Both the position numbers and the translations under genes were made by a program. 64,000 nucleotides of DNA from Francisella tularensis subsp. holarctica (GTDB taxonomy: Bacteria; Pseudomonadota; Gammaproteobacteria; Francisellales; CACEW01): NCBI GenBank assembly GCA_945860585.1, contig CAMARA010000002.1:10643-74642 (forward strand), given 5' to 3'. The notes under the pieces were generated by a model. That model did no database searches. It was not told the DNA's origin and saw only the letters and a list, made by a program, of their open reading frames with translations. Below are positions 57,875 through 64,000 of this stretch, in pieces; the first letter of the stretch is position 1; each line of letters opens with the position of its first letter.

Positions 57875-58447
57875 ATGTCAGTTTACAGCACAAATGAATT
57901 CAAAGGTGGCGTCAAGATTTTGCTGGATGGTCAGCCCTATAATATTTTGGAAAATGAATTCGTCAAGCCCGGAAAAGGTCAGGCGTTCAATCGCGTTAAA
58001 ATTCGTAATCTGATTAATGGGCGTGTGATTGAGCGGACATTCAAGTCAGGCGATACGGTTGAAGGGGCAGAAGTTGCGGATATTGAAGTGCAGTATTTGT
58101 ATCATGATGGCCAGTTTTTTCACTTTATGCAGCCTGAAAGTTTTGAGCAATATCAAGTTTCCGAGGCGGTAATTGGGGACAATGTTAAATGGTTGATGGA
58201 GCAATGCGAGTGCATGTTGACCATGTGGAATGATGCGCCTTTGACCATCACGCCCCCCAGCTTTATTGAAGCCAAAATTGTCGAGACCGATCCAGGCGTA
58301 AAAGGCGATACCTCTGGCGGCGGCGGCAAGCCTGCTGTGCTTGAAACGGGTGCCGTCGTGCGTGTGCCTTTGTTTGTGCAGATCGGTGAAATCGTGCGTG
58401 TCGATACTCGCACGGGTGATTATTTGTCGCGTGTGTCTGCGAAGTAA
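57875..58447 (+). CDS. efp: Elongation factor P
   Basis: VKPGKGQAF loop with the modifiable Lys. AAGAGGA precedes the ATG at 57875. Confidence 0.95.
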   Translation: MSVYSTNEFKGGVKILLDGQPYNILENEFVKPGKGQAFNRVKIRNLINGRVIERTFKSGDTVEGAEVADIEVQYLYHDGQFFHFMQPESFEQYQVSEAVIGDNVKWLMEQCECMLTMWNDAPLTITPPSFIEAKIVETDPGVKGDTSGGGGKPAVLETGAVVRVPLFVQIGEIVRVDTRTGDYLSRVSAK

Positions 58448-59422
58448 ATGACTTTTGCGCCCACTGCCTCGCTCAAGCACTTGCGCCTGCGAGCAAGGGT
58501 TTTAGAGCAGATCCGTGCTTTTTTTAAGGCGCGGGATGTTTTAGAGGTAGATACCCCGATTCTGGCTTTAGCGCCGGTGACCGATCCCCATATCCAAGCT
58601 TTAAAAACCAGAATCAGTCTGTTTGGCGCGCAGGATTTTTATCTGCAAACGTCGCCGGAGTATTATCTCAAGCGCTTGCTTGCGGCCTATCCGATTTCGG
58701 TGTATCAGTTGGGAAAAGTCTTTCGCGATGATGAGTGTGGGCGCCATCATGCACCCGAATTCACGATGCTGGAGTGGTATCGTCTGGGTCTTGATGATCA
58801 TGCCTTGATGGAGGAGATGCAGGCTTTGTTTCAGCTGCTCTGGTCGGCGCTTCACGATGCACCTTTATCCTTTGAAAAATTAAGTTATAAACAAGCCTTT
58901 GTGCGTTATCTTGCGATTAATCCGCATCAAGTGAGCTTAACTGCATTGCAAGCTTTGGTGCGGGAAAAAGTGGGGGAGATCCCCCATTTATCTACCCCTG
59001 ATCGCGATACCTGCCTGCAATTGCTTATGTCTATGGTGATCGAACCTGCGCTGGCGCATCTGCCCGGCCCCGTATTTATTTATGATTTTCCCGCTACTCA
59101 AGCCGCACTGGCCCAACTGCGTCAGGATGCAGAGGGGGATGCGGTAGCAGGGCGTTTTGAAGTCTACTGGCGGGGGCTGGAATTGGCGAATGGCTATCAT
59201 GAATTAAGCGATGCCACCCTGCAAGCGCAGCGTTTTGAGAGTGATCTCGCCAAGCGACAGGCCCTCAATTTGCCTGCAGTGCCGATCGATCAGAAATTAT
59301 TAGCCGCATTGCAATCCGGCCTCCCCGCCTGTGCCGGTGTAGCACTTGGGTTTGAGCGGTTGCTGATGATTCTGTCCGGTGCCACCCACATCGAAGCCGT
59401 CTCTGCATTTCATCGGTATTAA
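58448..59422 (+). CDS. epmA: EF-P--(R)-beta-lysine ligase (PoxA/GenX)
   Basis: A truncated class II LysRS-like protein (FRDDECGRHHAPEFTMLEWY, GVALGFERL). It starts directly after the efp stop. Confidence 0.9.
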   Translation: MTFAPTASLKHLRLRARVLEQIRAFFKARDVLEVDTPILALAPVTDPHIQALKTRISLFGAQDFYLQTSPEYYLKRLLAAYPISVYQLGKVFRDDECGRHHAPEFTMLEWYRLGLDDHALMEEMQALFQLLWSALHDAPLSFEKLSYKQAFVRYLAINPHQVSLTALQALVREKVGEIPHLSTPDRDTCLQLLMSMVIEPALAHLPGPVFIYDFPATQAALAQLRQDAEGDAVAGRFEVYWRGLELANGYHELSDATLQAQRFESDLAKRQALNLPAVPIDQKLLAALQSGLPACAGVALGFERLLMILSGATHIEAVSAFHRY

Positions 59423-59447
59423 AATATATGCTTCTCTAAAAAACACC

Positions 59448-59552
59448 TGTGTCATCCTCGCAAACGCGGGGATCCAGTCCAATATCTTCCTTAAAAAAAT
59501 TAGAGTGAAGAGCGCCCTTAGACTGGATCCCCGCGTTTGCGAGGATGACACA
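59448..59552. repeat. MITE-like element with perfect 32-bp inverted repeats (GTCATCCTCGCAAACGCGGGGATCC type)
   Basis: TGTGTCATCCTCGCAAACGCGGGGATCCAGTC (59448-59479) is the exact reverse complement of 59521-59552. The loop is 41 nt. Confidence 0.85.
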
Positions 59553-59594
59553 AGGGTGGCAAGGATGGCCCAGGTCTTTTTGAGATAATCAATA

Positions 59595-60566
59595 TTAAAA
59601 CAAATCCCCTTCACTCTGATGTTCCGCATGATAAGACGAGCGCACATTCGGCCCGGAGGCAACATTTTTAAAGCCCATTTTTTTAGCCAATTCGCCAAAA
59701 ACCTGATACTGCGCCGGGGTCACATAGCGTTTGATCGGAAAGTGAAAATTGCTGGGTTGGAGATATTGACCGATCGTCACCATGTCGACTTGATGTGCCC
59801 GCAGATCAGCGAGGGTGATTTCGACTTCCTCATCGGTCTCGCCTAAGCCGAGCATGATCCCAGACTTCGTGGGAATATGCGGCATGCGCGCCTTGTATTC
59901 CTGGAGCAGGCGCAGCGACCAGGCATAATCTGAGCCCGCGCGTACCTGCGGATAGAGGCGCTCCACCGTTTCGATATTGTGATTGAAGACATCGGGTGCA
60001 TGGGTGGAGAGCTGCTCAATCGCAATCGGCAAGCGATGTTTGCCGCGGAAATCAGGCACGAGAATCTCAATTTTAATTCCCGGATTCGCCGCGCGCGTGG
60101 CCTGAATACACTCTGCAAAATGCGTGGCACCGCCATCGCGCAGATCATCGCGATCCACCGAGGTGATCACCACATATTTAAGCGCCATTTCTTTGATCGC
60201 AGCCGCGAGATTAGTGGGTTCGTGAATATCCAGTGCATCAGGGCGTCCATGGGCGACATCACAAAAACTACAGCGGCGAGTGCATTTATCCCCCATAATC
60301 ATAAAGGTCGCCGCTCCTTTGCTAAAACACTCCGCCAGATTGGGGCAGGAGGCTTCTTCACACACAGAGCTCAGTTTTTTCTCACGCAAAATCGTCTTGA
60401 TGCGATTAATCTCCGAGGCCTCATTCACCTTGGGAAGCTTGACATACAGCCATTCCGGCAGGCGCAGGCGCTCCTCCGTTTTTTCGATTTTGATCGGAAT
60501 GCGTGACAATTTATCATAATCGCGGTGCTTTTGAGTCACATCAGGGCTCTGCATGAACATCCTCAT
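59595..60566 (-). CDS. lipA: Lipoyl synthase
   Basis: CEEASCPN and CTRRCSFC radical-SAM cluster motifs. Confidence 0.95.
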   Translation of the reverse strand: MRMFMQSPDVTQKHRDYDKLSRIPIKIEKTEERLRLPEWLYVKLPKVNEASEINRIKTILREKKLSSVCEEASCPNLAECFSKGAATFMIMGDKCTRRCSFCDVAHGRPDALDIHEPTNLAAAIKEMALKYVVITSVDRDDLRDGGATHFAECIQATRAANPGIKIEILVPDFRGKHRLPIAIEQLSTHAPDVFNHNIETVERLYPQVRAGSDYAWSLRLLQEYKARMPHIPTKSGIMLGLGETDEEVEITLADLRAHQVDMVTIGQYLQPSNFHFPIKRYVTPAQYQVFGELAKKMGFKNVASGPNVRSSYHAEHQSEGDLF

Positions 60567-60657
60567 CTTAATTGGCTGAGGACATTTTCCATGAAATTGC
60601 CCAGTTTGACAATGATGAGCGTAATTATGTTATGATTAAGCTTAAAAAGGAGGCATC

Positions 60658-61068
60658 ATGGTATCCCTTGATTTACACAGTTTTCAAAATGCACTATTGC
60701 GTTTAGACGAAGCCTGGGCGATTCTGAAAGCAGATACTGAAAATTCCATTGTGCAAGATGCGGTGATTCAGCGTTTTGAGTTTAGCTATGAATTATCCTG
60801 GAAAATGTTAAAGCGTTATTTAGAGTTAACTGGCCCCAATGCTGCGCTTTTTGATGGAATGAGTTTTCAAAATTTGATTAGAGTAGGTTCAGAGCAAGGC
60901 CTGTTAAAGTCTGGCTGGGATGTGTGGTGGGATTACCGTGATGCGCGTGCGGCAACGAGTCATCTGGATGATGAAAAAAAAGTAAAAGCAGTGCTCATCT
61001 TAATTCCTGGTTTTATGGCAGAAGCCCAATATTTATTGGAACAATTGCAAAGTCGGAGCAGAGTTTGA
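60658..61068 (+). CDS. HI0074-family nucleotidyltransferase substrate-binding (HEPN) protein, without a cognate MNT gene
   Basis: QRFEFSYELSWKMLKRYLE and the R-x4-H motif (RAATSH). AAGGAGG precedes the ATG. Confidence 0.75.
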   Translation: MVSLDLHSFQNALLRLDEAWAILKADTENSIVQDAVIQRFEFSYELSWKMLKRYLELTGPNAALFDGMSFQNLIRVGSEQGLLKSGWDVWWDYRDARAATSHLDDEKKVKAVLILIPGFMAEAQYLLEQLQSRSRV

Positions 61069-61680
61069 TTATTCAGCAAGCCATTCAGGCTGATTTAGTG
61101 CCGCTTCCCATTGTGTGATGACTTGATGCATGAGCTGGGGTGCGTGCACGAACTCAGACATCTGGGTCATTTTGAGGTCGGTATAGCCGCAGGGGTTGAT
61201 TTGGCTGAAGGGGGCGAGGTCCATCTCTACATTCAGGGCCAGGCCATGATAGGCGCGCGCATTGCGGATACGCAGACCCAGCGAGGCAATTTTGGCTTGA
61301 TGCACATACACACCGGGCATGCCCTCGCGCAGATGTGCTGGAATATTCCAAGCTTGTAGAAGTTGGATGGTCTGAGCTTCAATCCGGCTGACAAACTCTG
61401 CTGCGGCCCAGTTTTTCCGGCGCAGATCTAGTAAAAAATACACCATGAGTTGACCCGGTCCATGATACGTAATCTGGCCGCCGCGATCGCTTTTAACCAG
61501 CGGAATGTCTCCCTGATGCAGTAACATTGTGGGATCGCCATTGCGCCCAAGGGTAAACACCGGTTCATGCTCACACAGCCAGATTTCATCAGGCGTCGTA
61601 GGCGTGCGTTCTTCAGTAAAAGTAACCATGTTTTTAAAAACTGGTTCATACGCACATACGCCCAATTGCCGAATCCGCAT
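61069..61680 (-). CDS. lipB: Octanoyltransferase
   Basis: RGG..TYHGPGQ and the C-terminal PCG motif. Confidence 0.9.
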   Translation of the reverse strand: MRIRQLGVCAYEPVFKNMVTFTEERTPTTPDEIWLCEHEPVFTLGRNGDPTMLLHQGDIPLVKSDRGGQITYHGPGQLMVYFLLDLRRKNWAAAEFVSRIEAQTIQLLQAWNIPAHLREGMPGVYVHQAKIASLGLRIRNARAYHGLALNVEMDLAPFSQINPCGYTDLKMTQMSEFVHAPQLMHQVITQWEAALNQPEWLAE

Positions 61681-61683
61681 CGA

Positions 61684-61956
61684 TCACAAGACCATTTTGA
61701 TTTCAGGATGCGTCGATAAAATTTGATAGAGTTGATCCAGCTGCTCTTTCGATTGCGCCGTAAAAATCGCCGTCACCGACTGATATTTCCCGCCACTGCT
61801 GTCACGCGCCTGGATTTCAATCGCATCCTGATTGACGCCCACATCCGTCAAAGCCGTCCGGACAATGGTCTCCAGCGCCACCTCTTTGCCCGCCATCGCC
61901 TTGATTGGAAACTGGCAGGGAAATTCAAATAAAGTCTCGAGCTGTTGCTGTGCCAT
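61684..61956 (-). CDS. ybeD: YbeD (DUF493/UPF0250) family protein
   Basis: FPC.FPIK motif; 90 aa; classical ybeD-lipB linkage. Confidence 0.85.
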   Translation of the reverse strand: MAQQQLETLFEFPCQFPIKAMAGKEVALETIVRTALTDVGVNQDAIEIQARDSSGGKYQSVTAIFTAQSKEQLDQLYQILSTHPEIKMVL

Positions 61957-62024
61957 GAAAGGATCCGCCGTGTTTGAAAACTGTGTTCATTCTATCCCGG
62001 AATGAGGGGGTGTGCAATGGTGGA

Positions 62025-63980
62025 TTAGTCCGTGCGGCCAGGTGCTGCACTATTAAATCTGTTTTGACTTAGATCTGCTATAGATCCACGTCGGCTGCCG
62101 GCAAAAGAACAGCTGTTGCGATACAGTCCTGCATCTGAATCAGATTGTCTAGATGTTGTTGCCGTTTCTGCAAGCTCTGTAGCTTGTAACGCTTTGTGTA
62201 ATCTTGCTTTTTCTGCAAGTTCTTCTGCCGCTTGTAACGCTTGTATTTTAGCTTGGCTGCCAGCAAAATAGACTTCTCCTGTGCTTACTTTGTTTTTAAC
62301 GGTTTGATATACTTGGTCAACAGCACGACTGCGAGTGCTAAAGAGTGAGCCCGTGACTGACTTGGAATCAAGTTGTATGGTGCGGGTGAATGCAGATAGT
62401 TTTTCAAGAAAATTAGGCCCGCCTTGATCTAAAATATTGAGCATGCGCGCGGCATTTTTTGGGTAGTTGTCAGTAGTTTTTTGTCGTGCATAGCCGCCCC
62501 ATTGAGTATGCATTCCTAATGTTTTTTCTAGTTCGCGAATTAATTCTTTTCGTAGTGCTTCCATCGCTTTGCTTGCTTTTCGAGATTCTATTTGTGATTC
62601 TAATCTGTCTGCAGGAGTCGGAATGATGACGTATTGTGCCGCTTTCTGGAACTGTTTTAGTGAGGATTGATCTGCTGTGGAGACAACGGCTTTGCTTTGT
62701 TCAAGGCGCTCATGCAGTGTCTTAAAGTAGGCTTGATCATAGACTTGTCCGGAGTCAGCACTGGCTGTAATTGCGCTTTTGACGATATCGTGGAGAAGGA
62801 TTTTTTCAAAATCCTTTTCTGGATGTCTATGTTGTAAATCTTGAATATATAGAGTCAATTGTTTTATAAGTTGTTCACGTTGAGCTTTATTTTCTTCATC
62901 TGTTCCTGTTAGTTTCATAATGTCTGCAGGGCGTGGAAGAATATTGCTTAAATCAACGCGCGTGGATAGACTAGATAATATGTCTGTTACAGCTTGTGAA
63001 ACATCAGCACCCCCGTTACTCTTAAGCGTCAATTGTGCTTTGAGTGTGGAGCGATTGTGTATGCTGCAGTTTTGAGCGAGTTGTGCTAAAACGGGCATGA
63101 TATCGTCTGATAGAATGGCTGAGGTGTTTACACCTTTTGTTAATGCAAGGGTTTGCTTTAATTTTATGTGGATCTCATTGGCAACAGCGATTATTTCTGT
63201 TAAAGGTTTTTTGCTTTCAAGGGCGTCTACGACTTTTTGTAAAGGATTGATGGGTGATATAGGCTTTAACATCTCAGCTAATTCAGCTTTTGCTTTATTC
63301 TGCCGCTCTTCTTGTGTAGCTTTCTGCATAGATTCTATTCGAGCCGTTTCAGTGAGATCTACGGCGGCACCTGAGATAAGGGTGGTTAATACGGCATTTG
63401 AAGTTTGAATGCCATCAAATCGCATTGTTTGTTCTGTTGGATTCACGGTAAAATGTTGTGTGATTACTCCTGGAATAATTGCTGTACCAAAATTGGGCTC
63501 TAAAACCGTATAGCTTAGGGCGCAGCGTGTTGTAAGCGCATATGTGCCATCTTGATTTTTATCTAATATAAGTTTTTTGCCGTTATCTGCCTTTGAGACA
63601 GAGACAAAGCTTTGAGCTCCAAGAGGAGGAAGAGTTGCGCTAGAGTCAACCAAAAAAATAGCTTCATTGATCATGCTTTGTTTGTAATTTTTTTCCAGAG
63701 CATCTAAAACACCTTGTCCTAGCGATGCAATGAGTTCAGATCGTATTTTTTCTTTTACTTCAGGTGTATCAGTAAGACTTGCTTCTTCATCGTATGTGTG
63801 CGATGCGCCAGGGGGTAGCTGCCATGAGCATCTTGAAATCTCAGTCCAAAATTCTCGATCAAATGTTGAGGCTGCTGTTGAGAGGCTAGCACCAGCAGGT
63901 GCAATCACTTCGCCATTCCGTTCTTCATAGCCTTTTTCTCTTAATTTTGAAAGAAAATTTATTGCAGGTGTATAAGCCAT
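62025..63980 (-). CDS. AT-rich orphan protein (651 aa), largely helical/coiled-coil; candidate effector
   Basis: A long uninterrupted ORF with A/T-ending codon bias and a Ser/Arg-rich C-terminal tail. I recognise no family. Confidence 0.6.
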   Translation of the reverse strand: MAYTPAINFLSKLREKGYEERNGEVIAPAGASLSTAASTFDREFWTEISRCSWQLPPGASHTYDEEASLTDTPEVKEKIRSELIASLGQGVLDALEKNYKQSMINEAIFLVDSSATLPPLGAQSFVSVSKADNGKKLILDKNQDGTYALTTRCALSYTVLEPNFGTAIIPGVITQHFTVNPTEQTMRFDGIQTSNAVLTTLISGAAVDLTETARIESMQKATQEERQNKAKAELAEMLKPISPINPLQKVVDALESKKPLTEIIAVANEIHIKLKQTLALTKGVNTSAILSDDIMPVLAQLAQNCSIHNRSTLKAQLTLKSNGGADVSQAVTDILSSLSTRVDLSNILPRPADIMKLTGTDEENKAQREQLIKQLTLYIQDLQHRHPEKDFEKILLHDIVKSAITASADSGQVYDQAYFKTLHERLEQSKAVVSTADQSSLKQFQKAAQYVIIPTPADRLESQIESRKASKAMEALRKELIRELEKTLGMHTQWGGYARQKTTDNYPKNAARMLNILDQGGPNFLEKLSAFTRTIQLDSKSVTGSLFSTRSRAVDQVYQTVKNKVSTGEVYFAGSQAKIQALQAAEELAEKARLHKALQATELAETATTSRQSDSDAGLYRNSCSFAGSRRGSIADLSQNRFNSAAPGRTD

Positions 63981-64000
63981 GATATTCTCACTTTTATTGT

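Noticed and set aside
60591-60635. A 14-codon ORF upstream of the HEPN gene, considered as a remnant of the missing MNT antitoxin.
   Set aside because: It is too short to assess and shows no MNT motif (GS..x..D.D). I kept it only as a note inside the HEPN finding.
49607-61680. Co-occurrence of lplA (salvage) with lipB-lipA (de novo lipoylation) as an anomaly.
   Set aside because: Having both routes is normal in gammaproteobacteria such as E. coli. Only the REP-modified lplA 3' end is notable, and I reported that separately.

Overview
The window looks like core chromosome from a gammaproteobacterium. I infer a Legionellales-like intracellular lifestyle from eukaryotic-like repeat proteins and the repeat families; I could not run any search. 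Calls rest on reading the ORF translations and the DNA by eye. I found no rRNA, tRNA, CRISPR array, transposase or phage integrase.

About 60 genes are housekeeping and keep classical synteny:
- ratA/rnfH, pyrG, lolCD, pepB, kdsD
- mlaFEDCB-ibaG-murA, tldD, uvrB, lgt-fur/bamE, ribE
- comM-ubiK, rarA, trxA-rho, xerD, yggT-proC
- tolC, recJ, rluB, lplA, lepA, pheST, efp-epmA, lipA/lipB-ybeD

Small accessory insertions punctuate this backbone:
1. Five toxin-antitoxin-like loci: AbrB/RelE-like, VapBC, Phd/PIN, DUF4160/DUF2442 and a solo HEPN.
2. Six visibly AT-rich orphan or eukaryotic-like genes that sit singly between core operons. They are an NLS-bearing protein, an ankyrin protein, an ARM-repeat protein, a 4-TM protein, a 651-aa protein and a 161-aa protein. 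I treat them as candidate secreted effectors.
3. Two repeat families: a GGAGG-rich REP-like palindrome (6 copies) and MITE-like nested inverted repeats.

The items most worth follow-up:
- an unannotated 40-codon exported Cys-peptide gene with a near-consensus promoter and operator, coupled to the orphan 4-TM protein (52996-54350)
- a roughly 100-nt direct duplication of a gene 3' end that brackets a PIN/Phd cassette (36829-37773)
- the NLS and ARM candidate effectors
- the shared hexanucleotide-repeat tails of the orphan genes

I could not recognise a multi-gene system of clearly novel type.
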